A stretch of DNA of 64,000 nucleotides from an uncultured Candidatus Saccharibacteria bacterium. GTDB lineage: Bacteria > Patescibacteriota > Minisyncoccia > Phycocordibacterales > EsbW-18. The position numbers and the translations under genes are program-made. Location: NCBI GenBank assembly GCA_964478705.1, contig CAYZIR010000005.1, positions 508 to 64,507 on the forward strand, in the 5' to 3' direction. This document shows, piece after piece, positions 36,694 to 45,749 of this stretch; the stretch's first letter is position 1, and each line of letters starts with the position of its first letter. The notes under the pieces were generated by a model. It did not search any database. It was not told the origin of the DNA and was given only the letters and a program-made list of their open reading frames with translations.

Positions 36694-37998
36694 CTATACA
36701 GGAAGGTTAACTGGCGGTTCAGCCTTACGTGATTCGATACGACCAAATGTTGGTGTTTGGGCAACACCTCCTGGGAAGTGATAAATTGTTGCGAGCTCTT
36801 CAGTGTTCAACACAAACGTCTTGCTCTTGTGCGGTGGATGAAAATATCCGCGAGCGCGATAGGCGTCGAACATTTCTTTTTTCATACTCGCGAGCTTTTT
36901 GCCGAATGGATCTTGGAACCAATAGTCAAATCCCGTACCACGAAACTTCTTGAACCCGTTCAAATGCTGACTACTATACTGCGCAAGCACACCATTCAAG
37001 GCGCCCTTGTTCGCTGAATTGAATTTGTCTTTCTCAGCAAGATACAGTGCACGAATTCCAACATCGAAGCCAAGCTTTGAAATACTACGCTCGAGTGCAT
37101 TCACAATATCTTTCTCAAAGGTTGTGAGGTTAATCGGCCCACCTTCTTCTCCGTCCTTACCTTGGATGCGTCGTTTCTTGATGATTGATTCAATTTCTTT
37201 TTTCACGTCATCTTTCCACTTATCAGTCGGTTTCATTTGATCACCCACTTTCTTACCAATATCAAAAATATCTTCTATCTTCTTAATGCCTGAAAAGAGA
37301 CCTCCCTCTTTTTTATCTTCTGCTTTGTGTGCACGAACAACAATCTGAATCCATGCTTGTTCTCCCTGCCCCAATCCACCGAGGTATTCAATCACCGGCG
37401 TTATTGGGTCAATCTTAAATTCTTCTTTAGGATCACGATCCATACCGTAGTCGACATATGTTTTGATAGGATATGGATCACCTTTTGTGAGTTGAAATTC
37501 GGCAGCAGAAATGTCTGCCGTGTCTTTGTCGTAAAGAAACGCGAGTGTATAGTCAGGTACTTCAACAACCTCCGTTGTCGGATACTGTGCATAAATATTG
37601 TTTTGGATGCTCTTAACGCCACCCTTCCATGTCCAAATAAAAAACTTCACGCGTCCTTCAAGCGAGACCAATTCAAGTGACGACCATCCCCGAACACCTC
37701 CCTTCCAGTACTTATCTTTCCATGTACCTTCACCACCGGTGTTATAGAGCGAATTGAGCACAATCTCCATGGCAACCGGTGATTTGTTTACTTCTTTTGG
37801 CACCCGGATTTCGAGGAGCACTGGCTCTTGCGACAAAATATACATCGTTCGTCGCCATCGCATCCATGCAATGCAAAAACCATAAACAAGAACAATCGGT
37901 AGCCACACGGGTGACGCGAGAAGAATAAAGCGAACCGCTGGCCAGAGTGCCACACCTGCATCTACGAAATACGAAATCATATGCCTATGATAGCGCAT
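36694..37998 (-). CDS. Hypothetical 2-TM membrane protein with large extracytoplasmic domain (434 aa)
   Basis: Two N-terminal TM helices then ~370-aa Lys/Asp-rich domain; no P-loop or recognised motif. Confidence 0.4.
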   Translation of the reverse strand: MRYHRHMISYFVDAGVALWPAVRFILLASPVWLPIVLVYGFCIAWMRWRRTMYILSQEPVLLEIRVPKEVNKSPVAMEIVLNSLYNTGGEGTWKDKYWKGGVRGWSSLELVSLEGRVKFFIWTWKGGVKSIQNNIYAQYPTTEVVEVPDYTLAFLYDKDTADISAAEFQLTKGDPYPIKTYVDYGMDRDPKEEFKIDPITPVIEYLGGLGQGEQAWIQIVVRAHKAEDKKEGGLFSGIKKIEDIFDIGKKVGDQMKPTDKWKDDVKKEIESIIKKRRIQGKDGEEGGPINLTTFEKDIVNALERSISKLGFDVGIRALYLAEKDKFNSANKGALNGVLAQYSSQHLNGFKKFRGTGFDYWFQDPFGKKLASMKKEMFDAYRARGYFHPPHKSKTFVLNTEELATIYHFPGGVAQTPTFGRIESRKAEPPVNLPV

Positions 37999-38057
37999 AG
38001 AGCGCGAACGTCGAGATACAAAAATCCTCCGCGATGTGCAGAGGGTTTTTGTATGGT

Positions 38058-39128
38058 TTATCGAGAGATACTGTAGCGTCCTTGGTCGTCTTTATCGAAG
38101 TAGTCGTCGTCTTGGAGGTTTACCACAATGGTGTTCGGTTTGACATATCGTTCTTTGAGCACTTTCTCGATGATATCGTCTTTTGTCATTGGACCGTGTT
38201 CATTGAGTACTTTTTTGATGACGTCGCGGACAACTCCTTCGACATAGCCCCATTCTGAGAGCGCGTAGAGACCTCGACCAACGAGCACAAAGCGAGAATC
38301 TTTGATGAGTTCGTTGTGGGTGGTTGCAATATGTGCCTTCTTGCCGAAGAGTTCAGCGATACGCTTTGCAACTTCAGTGAAGTGAAGCGGGCTTCCGTGG
38401 TTACGGATAGCAAGATATGCGTAGTCGCGGATACCTTTCGGTGTAATTGATGTTGATTCAGATGGACCCCATTCACCGAGTGCGTTGCTACCGATCTTTT
38501 TTGAAATCGAAAGCCAACGACGAATCATTTCTTCGGTTTTGTAGTGGTCAGAAAGATCTTTGACGTGGCTGAGGAACCCAGCGATGATATCTGCCTCTGA
38601 TACAAGCTCTTCGTCAGAAAGACCTGAGTAGAGTTTCTGGATAGCTTCTTCAATTGTTTCAGCAACTGACGAGTCAACGTGCCAGCGGTGTGTAAAGTGC
38701 TCATCTTCTTTTCGTTTCTCGAACGCTTCGCCAACAACCAAGAGGAAGTGATAGTGGTTGCGTGTTGATGGATCTTTTGAGAGGTGATTCAAAAATTCTT
38801 CTTCAGAAACAATTGCACCGAAGAAGAGCATTTCTTCTTTCAACTGATCGAATACGGCGCTTTCCTTTCCGTAGACGTCAGATTTACGAATAGTTGCAAG
38901 AGCGTAGTTCTCAATCTGACGAACGCGCTCACGTGTGATGTCGTATTGTTCACCAATCGCCTCAAGCGTCATGCGCTTCACTTTGTCACCCAAACCGTAT
39001 CGTTTGATGATGACGTCGCGAGCACGGTCAGAAAGAGCGCCGAGGAGACGCTTGGTGACCTGTTTTGGGTTGCCTGAAACCGCAATTGGCTTCGAAGCTA
39101 CCTTAGTTTTTGGAGCTGGTTTTGACAT
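38058..39128 (-). CDS. Sigma-70 region-4 HTH plus C-terminal HARE-HTH domain protein (putative transcription regulator)
   Basis: N-terminal RDVIIKRYGL..TLEAIGEQYDITRERVRQIENYALATIR (sigma r4.2-type HTH). C-terminal HFTEVAKRIAELFGKK...RFVLVGRGLYALSEWGY (HARE-HTH-like signature). Confidence 0.5.
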   Translation of the reverse strand: MSKPAPKTKVASKPIAVSGNPKQVTKRLLGALSDRARDVIIKRYGLGDKVKRMTLEAIGEQYDITRERVRQIENYALATIRKSDVYGKESAVFDQLKEEMLFFGAIVSEEEFLNHLSKDPSTRNHYHFLLVVGEAFEKRKEDEHFTHRWHVDSSVAETIEEAIQKLYSGLSDEELVSEADIIAGFLSHVKDLSDHYKTEEMIRRWLSISKKIGSNALGEWGPSESTSITPKGIRDYAYLAIRNHGSPLHFTEVAKRIAELFGKKAHIATTHNELIKDSRFVLVGRGLYALSEWGYVEGVVRDVIKKVLNEHGPMTKDDIIEKVLKERYVKPNTIVVNLQDDDYFDKDDQGRYSISR

Positions 39129-39204
39129 ACACGTTTTTTTAATATCTTTTGATTACTGTGAGATTCCCCAGTGTATCATGTGAATAACTATGCGTCAAGC
39201 GCTG

Positions 39205-42108
39205 TTACCCCTCCCTCACCACGAGGTTAAGGACCTTGTTCTTAATATAGACAATTTTGGCTATATCCTTGCCGTTAAGCCATTTTTCGATGTTTTCCTC
39301 GCCCCGAGCCAAGGCAAGAACGGTCGCTTCCTCGGTATCTCGAGAGCAGGTTATCGTTCCCCTGACCTTTCCATTGACCTGAATGGCTATAACGACCTCA
39401 GCCTCAACAAGCTTGTCCGAATCGAAGGTAGGCCACAAAGCCTCGTGAACTGATGACGTATTGCCCATGCTCTCCCAGAGCTCTTCCGTGAGGAACGGTG
39501 CGAATGGTGCCAAAAGGAGTAGGAGCGTAGTATATGCCGTGCGAGAAACAGCCGTCTCTTTTTCGATTGCATTCGTTAGAATCATGAGTTGCGAGACTGC
39601 TGTGTTCATACGAAGTGCTTCGATATCCTCCCCCACTTTCTTGATGGTTTGATTGAGGACCGTTTCAAGCTCAGGCGACAACACGACGTCCTCGACTCTT
39701 TCCTGCAGACGCGCAACGCGTTCAAGAAAGCGTCGTACACCAACGAGTCCATCGGTTGACCACGCGATCGCTTGATCGAACGGTCCCATGAACATCTCAT
39801 ACGTGCGGAGCGCATCTGCACCAAAGCGTTCAATAATGTCATCCGGGTTTACCACGTTCCCTTTCGACTTACTCATTTTCTCCCCGCCTTCGGCGAGAAT
39901 GAGTCCGTGGCTCGTACGCCGTTGGTATGGCTCAGATGTTGGAACAACGCCAATGTCGTAGAGAAACTTATGCCAAAAGCGCGAATAGAGAAGGTGAAGC
40001 GTTGTGTGCTCCATACCACCGTTGTACCAATCAACCGGAAGCCAGTGCTCAAGTTTTTTCTTGTCGGCGAGTACTTCCGCATTCTTCGGATCGCAGTAGC
40101 GAAGGTAATACCATGATGAACCTGCCCAGTTTGGCATAACATCGGTTTCTCGTTTCGCATTACCACCGCACGACGGACATGTCGTATTGACCCACTCATC
40201 CATGTTCGCGAGAGGTGAATCCCCTGTGTCAGTTGGTTCGTAGCGCTCAACGTGTGGTAGTTCTACCGGAAGGTCGGATTCGGAGACCGGCACCCATCCG
40301 CACGATTCGCAGTTGACCATTGGAATCGGTTCGCCCCAGTAGCGTTGACGTGAGAAGACCCAATCACGGAGTTTATATTTCGTCGTCCATGTGCCACCAA
40401 CTGCTTCAGTTATTTTTTTCCTTGCATCTTCACTGGCTAGACCATCAAATTGTTCAGAGTTGAGAAGTATTCCTTCACCAGTGTAAGATTGCTGACCGCC
40501 CACATAAAACTCCGCATATTTTTTGTGGTGTGGCCACGTAATCGTTGAAATAAGTTTGTCCTTTGAAACAACGATGAGTTCGTGTCTCCCCTCTTCTACT
40601 TCTGACTGTGAACGTTCTGTGGAGTTTAGAATAATTTCAATGGCAGGGCCGAGTGTTCGCTGATTTTTATTTTTTGTGTGTCGATATCCATGACAAGAAA
40701 TCATTGAGGTCATTGAATGCATGTTCACTTCAAAATCTGTGAATCCTGTTTCTTCAATAACCTCTCTGCGAACTGCGGTCAGAAGATCCTCGCCATCTTC
40801 AACTCCTCCACCCACCAAGTGGACATGATCTCCATCTTTAAGAAGGTAGAAGTTCCCCATGGTATCGTGAATGATTGCATCAACAGTTCGTCGGTTTAAC
40901 GTTTCGAGACCGGCACGCTCTTGGTGTATTCCCGCCCCTATTTCTTGATATGCGACTACCTGTCGCATAGGCAAATTAAATTTCTGTGCAAACGCGAAAT
41001 CACGTTCATCGTGTGCAGGGACCGCCATCACCGCACCGGTGCCGTACGAACCAAGCACGTAATCCGCAACATACACAGGAATCTCTTCATTGTTCGCAGG
41101 ATTGATTGCTGTAATACCTTCGAGCCGAACACCAGTCTTTTCTTTCCCTTCCGCGGTACGTTCCATTTCTTCCTTATTCTTTGCCTCTTCGATATATCGC
41201 AGAATCTCTTCTCTGTTCTTTATCGACTCATGACTAGCGACTAATGACTGCACCAAGGGGTGCTCAGGTGCTAAAACGATGTAGGTAGCGCCGAAGATGG
41301 TATCTGGTCTGGTTGTAAAAACAGTGATTTCTTTTTTCTCGCCCCCAGTAGCTAGAACCTGGAATCTGATCTCAGCTCCTTCGCTCTTGCCAATCCAATT
41401 ACGTTGTCCTGCTTTAGCCCGCTCAATATAGTCAACGGTGTCGAGGTCATCGTAGAGGCGTTCGGCGTATTTTGTGATCGCAAGCATCCATTGCTCTCGT
41501 TCGCGTTTCTCAACCTCCGTCCCACATCGCTCACACTTACCATCAACAACCTCTTCGTTTGCGAGACCGATTTTATCTTTCGGACACCAATTAATGGGAA
41601 CTTTTGATTTGTATGCAAGATCGTGTTTGAAGAGTTGCAAGAAAATCCATTGCGTAAAGCGGTAGTATGCGGGGTCAGTTGTGTTTACCTCACGCTCCCA
41701 ATCAAAGGAGAGTGCTAAGCGCTTCATCTGTGCGCGGTAATTGTCGGTATTTTCTTTTGTTACCTCACGTGGATCGCGTCCGACCTTGATTGCATAGTTC
41801 TCTGTAGGAAGACCGAAGGCGTCCCAACCAATTGGATAGAGCACATTCTCCCCTTGTCTGCGACGCTTACGAGCAACGACGTCGAGTGCAGTGTAGCCAC
41901 GAACATGACCGACATGGAGCCCTTCTCCTGACGGAAAGGGAAATTCGACGAGTAAGTATGTTTTCTTTTTATCCGCGCTATCGGACGCTTTGGGGGCACT
42001 CTTCTCAAAGATTTCGCGCCATTTCTCTTCAATCTGTTTGGAATCGTATTCGCGCATGAATAGCTTATAGCTTCTAGGTACGAGCGTGTAGGTAGGGACA
42101 TCATACAA
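39205..42108 (-). CDS. leuS: Leucyl-tRNA synthetase with inserted NUDIX hydrolase domain
   Basis: HVGHVRGY (HIGH), KMSKSKGNVV, CP1 editing domain (TTRPDT..YVLGSYGTGAVMAVPAHDERDFAFA). Inserted ~150 aa (aa ~385-535, nt ~40506..40956) contains Nudix box GGGVEDGEDLLTAVRREVIEETG. Confidence 0.9.
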   Translation of the reverse strand: MYDVPTYTLVPRSYKLFMREYDSKQIEEKWREIFEKSAPKASDSADKKKTYLLVEFPFPSGEGLHVGHVRGYTALDVVARKRRRQGENVLYPIGWDAFGLPTENYAIKVGRDPREVTKENTDNYRAQMKRLALSFDWEREVNTTDPAYYRFTQWIFLQLFKHDLAYKSKVPINWCPKDKIGLANEEVVDGKCERCGTEVEKREREQWMLAITKYAERLYDDLDTVDYIERAKAGQRNWIGKSEGAEIRFQVLATGGEKKEITVFTTRPDTIFGATYIVLAPEHPLVQSLVASHESIKNREEILRYIEEAKNKEEMERTAEGKEKTGVRLEGITAINPANNEEIPVYVADYVLGSYGTGAVMAVPAHDERDFAFAQKFNLPMRQVVAYQEIGAGIHQERAGLETLNRRTVDAIIHDTMGNFYLLKDGDHVHLVGGGVEDGEDLLTAVRREVIEETGFTDFEVNMHSMTSMISCHGYRHTKNKNQRTLGPAIEIILNSTERSQSEVEEGRHELIVVSKDKLISTITWPHHKKYAEFYVGGQQSYTGEGILLNSEQFDGLASEDARKKITEAVGGTWTTKYKLRDWVFSRQRYWGEPIPMVNCESCGWVPVSESDLPVELPHVERYEPTDTGDSPLANMDEWVNTTCPSCGGNAKRETDVMPNWAGSSWYYLRYCDPKNAEVLADKKKLEHWLPVDWYNGGMEHTTLHLLYSRFWHKFLYDIGVVPTSEPYQRRTSHGLILAEGGEKMSKSKGNVVNPDDIIERFGADALRTYEMFMGPFDQAIAWSTDGLVGVRRFLERVARLQERVEDVVLSPELETVLNQTIKKVGEDIEALRMNTAVSQLMILTNAIEKETAVSRTAYTTLLLLLAPFAPFLTEELWESMGNTSSVHEALWPTFDSDKLVEAEVVIAIQVNGKVRGTITCSRDTEEATVLALARGEENIEKWLNGKDIAKIVYIKNKVLNLVVREG

Positions 42109-42171
42109 CAGAAAAACCCGAACATCGAGATGTCCGGGTTTTTCTAGAAGCTAGCACCTACAACCGAGCCC

Positions 42172-43128
42172 CTACTTCTGATACGGCGGATATTTGACCG
42201 GATCAATCGTTCGCGTAAAGCAGGTTCGCCCCGCTTCATGCGTAAAGCGTGGGTCGAGACCTCCTCCCCATGAATCAATTGGCATTGCAACAGGGTCTTT
42301 GCCTGCGAGCGTACTTTCACGCGCAAACGTCGCGCATATCTCAAATGAAAGTGGGCCTGTGAGCGAGTATTCGTATGCGGTTTTTGTCTCTGGATCTACT
42401 GGAGCAACGTAACCGGTGAAGTTGTCGCCGAGGTCAGCGAGTGTCTTTGGAAGCTTCTCTTGCGTCTGCCAGTAGTTCAAGACCTGCCATTGAATATCCG
42501 AGAGGTGCATTTCACGCTGGCTATCGAGTCGCATCTCACGCTGTGCGCTTGGTGAACCAAACGTCATGAATCCACAGATAATCGCGAGAAGAATGAAAAG
42601 TCCTGCGATACCAACGAAGAGTTTATTCGGCTTCGATGAAGCGTCGCGACGAAGATCGTAAAAGTAGTATGCGAAGATGCCACCAGCGACAACTAATACC
42701 GCAAACACCTTGAGAATGAATCGAACCGTAACCTCACCTTGGAGGAATGTGTGGAGAAGCGCAACAAGATCACCCGCAACAGCGATACCTGCAGCGAAAA
42801 TAGTTAACCACACAAACCACTTACGAATCGGAAAATTACGCTTCTCACCATCCGCCAGGATGCTTTTACGAATGTGGTACGAGAGGAACAAATAGATTGG
42901 CACCACAATAATGAGCGTTGCGATTGCGAACATCGCACCGCCACCCACGTAGGTTCCATAGGCGTAATAGCCGTAGGATGTGTCGAGTGCATCAGCGAAG
43001 CGCTGGTTGATAATCGAAAACAAGAGCGCGAGCAAGCTCCCGGCCGATACATAGAGCGAAATCGCTGTACCAAGGTAGATAAAGAAATCTTTCGGCGTTG
43101 CTTTTACTTGATTTGTCTGTGAATCCAT
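42172..43128 (-). CDS. Multi-TM membrane protein (DUF5671-like N-terminus)
   Basis: Six predicted TM helices then soluble C-terminal domain. Confidence 0.4.
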   Translation of the reverse strand: MDSQTNQVKATPKDFFIYLGTAISLYVSAGSLLALLFSIINQRFADALDTSYGYYAYGTYVGGGAMFAIATLIIVVPIYLFLSYHIRKSILADGEKRNFPIRKWFVWLTIFAAGIAVAGDLVALLHTFLQGEVTVRFILKVFAVLVVAGGIFAYYFYDLRRDASSKPNKLFVGIAGLFILLAIICGFMTFGSPSAQREMRLDSQREMHLSDIQWQVLNYWQTQEKLPKTLADLGDNFTGYVAPVDPETKTAYEYSLTGPLSFEICATFARESTLAGKDPVAMPIDSWGGGLDPRFTHEAGRTCFTRTIDPVKYPPYQK

Positions 43129-43195
43129 AAATGGCTTTATTTTAAGGGCTAAAATACCCCTTCAGGATAGCATATCTGTTTTGCTGTCGGGGTAC

Positions 43196-43223
43196 TTGAC
43201 AAATAAATCTAGGGGTGTATAAT
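43196..43223 (+). promoter_or_regulatory. Consensus sigma-70 promoter TTGACA-N16-TATAAT
   Basis: gTACTTGACAaataaatctaggggtgTATAATgg; no ORF downstream before the terminator at 43766. Confidence 0.6.
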
Positions 43224-43229
43224 GGTCTT

Positions 43230-43797
43230 GTTGAGGTCGGCTTCGGTGAGCTTAGAAAGAAAGCTCTACGCCTTCCTTGGCATCACAGGTCGCCCCCCGG
43301 CCAGATTGTCTGCCGAGGGTCTACGCCTGCCACCGCGCCAACGGAAAAACACGGCGCCTGTTCTTTCAAAAAGGAGTCACACATTGAAGAAACGTTAGCA
43401 GTACGTTAGCCACGGAATCGTTCCGTGCTAAGGTTCCGTTCGCCTTAATCCCCTTTTAGGGAGAGAAAAGGAACGGAAACTAAACGTCGGACCAACGATA
43501 CACCTAAAATGGGTGACGGAGCTAACGATGCCAGGTGTGACTCGGCGCCGGAGATGAAAAGGGTGGCGCTGTATAAATAAATAACCCTGACTGTGACGGT
43601 AGTAGTGTTGTGTCGAATGCCGACAGAGGTTAAGACCCATCGGCAAACAGCCACGAGTGTGGCAAGACCAACAACATGAAACCGCAAAATCCTAGATCGT
43701 GCCTTACCGGTACGGCGACGGGTCGCAATATCTCCCCCCCCCACTAAATCTTACCGAAAGGAAGTGCCCCCGGCTCAACGAGTCCGGGGGTTTTCAC
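43230..43797 (+). ncRNA. Candidate ~570-nt structured non-coding RNA of unknown class
   Basis: Consensus promoter upstream, strong terminator GCCCCCGGCTCAACGAGTCCGGGGGTTTT at 43766..43794, no ORF with an SD. Internal hairpins CACGGAATCGTTCCGTG and GGTTCCGTTC...GGAACGGAAAC. Lacks tmRNA T-loop and SRP motifs. Confidence 0.4.
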
Positions 43798-43801
43798 ATA
43801 T

Positions 43802-44896
43802 CTAAATTCTAAACTCAATCACATCCCCATCTTTAACGATATACTCCTTCCCTTCTGTTCGAACGAGACCTTTCGCACGTGCTTCAGCGTATGAACCAGA
43901 ATCAATCAAGTCTTTCCAAAACACCACTTCTGCACGGATGAATTTATCTTTGAAGTCCGTGTGAATCGCCGTGCCAGCGATTGGTGCAGTCGAACCACGA
44001 GCAATCGTCCATGCGCGGGTTTCGTCTTCCCCTGTTGTCAGGAATGTAATCAAGTCGAGGAGCGCGTAGCCCGAAACAATCAAATCCTCAATACCACCGC
44101 GAACTGAGAGACTCTTTCGCATTTCTCCACGCTCGCTATCATCAACCGCATTCAACTCCGATTCGTTGCTCGCATCAACAATAACGTACGACGCTTTTTC
44201 CTGCTCAAAGAACGCAAGAAGATTCTGCCAACGTGGATCGTTACCTTCATCCAGGTTCGTCCCACCAGATTGCACGTTCAAGACGTAGAGCATCTTCTTC
44301 ATCGTGAGAAGCGTGAGCTTTTTCACTTCTTTCTCTTCATCCTCGGTCAATGCAACGGTTCGTGCGAACTTCTCCGCCAACAATGCTTCTTTTACCTTTG
44401 CGAGACCATTTCGTTCATGGAGTGCTTCCTTGAGCCCCGCACGTACCTCCTTTTCAACGGAGGAAAGACGCTTTTCAACAACCGCAAGATCCGCGAGAAT
44501 CAGCTCCAAGTTAATCACCTTGATGTCTTCGAGCGGTTCAATCTTTCCTGCAACGTGGATAATGTCGCCGTGCTCGAAGATGCGCACCACGTGCGCAATC
44601 GCATCAACCTCTTTGATGTGCGAAAGGAATTTGTTGCCGAGTCCCTGCCCTTCCGACGCACCCTTCACCAACCCCGCGATATCAACGAATTGAATTGCTG
44701 CAGGGATTGTTTTCTTCGACTTTGAAAAGTCAGTGAGTGCTTTCAAACGTGCGTCAGGTACTTCGACAATACCGACTGACGGGTCAATCGTACAAAACGG
44801 ATAGTTTGCAGCATCAACCGATTGTTTCGTAAGCGCATTAAAAAGGGTCGATTTGCCGACATTCGGTAATCCAACAATTCCGATTGATAAATTCAT
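43802..44896 (-). CDS. ychF: Ribosome-binding ATPase YchF/Ola1
   Basis: GIVGLPNVGKSTLFNALT P-loop, TGS C-terminal domain. Start at ATG 44896 (MNLSIGIVG). Confidence 0.9.
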   Translation of the reverse strand: MNLSIGIVGLPNVGKSTLFNALTKQSVDAANYPFCTIDPSVGIVEVPDARLKALTDFSKSKKTIPAAIQFVDIAGLVKGASEGQGLGNKFLSHIKEVDAIAHVVRIFEHGDIIHVAGKIEPLEDIKVINLELILADLAVVEKRLSSVEKEVRAGLKEALHERNGLAKVKEALLAEKFARTVALTEDEEKEVKKLTLLTMKKMLYVLNVQSGGTNLDEGNDPRWQNLLAFFEQEKASYVIVDASNESELNAVDDSERGEMRKSLSVRGGIEDLIVSGYALLDLITFLTTGEDETRAWTIARGSTAPIAGTAIHTDFKDKFIRAEVVFWKDLIDSGSYAEARAKGLVRTEGKEYIVKDGDVIEFRI

Positions 44897-44899
44897 ATT

Positions 44900-45012
44900 A
44901 AATGCGATATACATTACCCTCTGAAACCACTACCTGCCCCGCGAGATGCGATGCTATCTCTGCGGGGCCGACGTTCGGTAATCCAACAATTCCGATTGAT
45001 AAGTTCATATTA
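44900..45012 (-). repeat. 45-bp duplication of the ychF start region separated by a 68-bp GC-rich near-palindromic insert
   Basis: CCGACATTCGGTAATCCAACAATTCCGATTGATAAATTCATATTA (44855..44899) versus CCGACGTTCGG...GATAAGTTCATATTA (44968..45012), 2 mismatches. Insert contains CCCCGCGAGATGCGATGCTATCTCTGCGGGG. Confidence 0.75.
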
Positions 45013-45237
45013 TTGTCCGAGCAGTTGCTTAAGTTCGTCTGCGTGCTTCGCAAAGACCTGCTGTGCTGCGGTCATTCTATCCATACCACTTTTTGTCTTT
45101 ACTTCCGCCTCTTGTGCTATCTTCATGAAGAAATCAGGGTTCTTCTCAAAGGCCGAAATAATCATCTGTTTCTGGTCGTCAGGAACGCCCGCGAGCTGGC
45201 GCTCCATGAGTTTTTTCAATAAAAGTTCTTTAAACAT
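45010..45237 (-). CDS. Hypothetical small protein (75 aa)
   Basis: Helical, charged; no recognisable family. Confidence 0.4.
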   Translation of the reverse strand: MFKELLLKKLMERQLAGVPDDQKQMIISAFEKNPDFFMKIAQEAEVKTKSGMDRMTAAQQVFAKHADELKQLLGQ

Positions 45238-45307
45238 GTGGGCATCCTACCACAAAAAGAAAACCGCGTCCTGTAGTACAGAACGCGGTCTCTTTCGTCG
45301 AGTCAGC

Positions 45308-45559
45308 TTACTGAAGCTCGATTGTTGTGGTTGCGTTCAACGTGGTCGTTGATGTGCTTCCAGATTCATCTGTCGTAACGACTGTCGTGTTTGACGTCGT
45401 TGTAGCAGGAGTCGTTGTAGCACCATCCATGATAACTGCATCGTCTCCGCGGTTTACGAAGAAGAGGATACCAGCGATGATGAGGATAACGACAATCACC
45501 AAGATGGTGACACCTGCGTTACCGCTTTTGAAGTTGCGTGACATACCAATGTTTGACAT
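45308..45559 (-). CDS. Hypothetical membrane-anchored Thr-rich small protein
   Basis: N-terminal TM (VTILVIVVILIIAGILFFV), Thr-rich tail. Confidence 0.4.
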   Translation of the reverse strand: MSNIGMSRNFKSGNAGVTILVIVVILIIAGILFFVNRGDDAVIMDGATTTPATTTSNTTVVTTDESGSTSTTTLNATTTIELQ

Positions 45560-45684
45560 TTAATTACTAATCACCAATTGACCCTATCGGCGTATTACGC
45601 TTACAAACGCCGTTCAAAAGCGTCCGAAAGGAGCATCGCGACAGGAAGCCACATTCTAACAGAAAAGGGGTGAAAAAGCTATAC

Positions 45685-45722
45685 CCAGCTTGGTTCAAAC
45701 CAGGCTGGGTAGAGCACCGAAA
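45685..45722 (-). terminator. Rho-independent terminator for the large surface-protein gene
   Basis: TACCCAGCCTGGTTTGAACCAAGCTGGGTA + T-rich tract on minus strand. Confidence 0.6.
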
Positions 45723-45749
45723 AGGGTTATGGCCTCCTCTGTAGTTGTC

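Noticed and set aside
43230-43797. tmRNA or SRP RNA in the ORF-less transcribed region
   Set aside because: No tRNA-like acceptor/T-loop (no GGTTCGA-type motif on either strand), no tag-peptide reading frame ending in AA-stop, and no SRP helix-8 GGAAGCAGC-type motif. Left as a ncRNA of unknown class.
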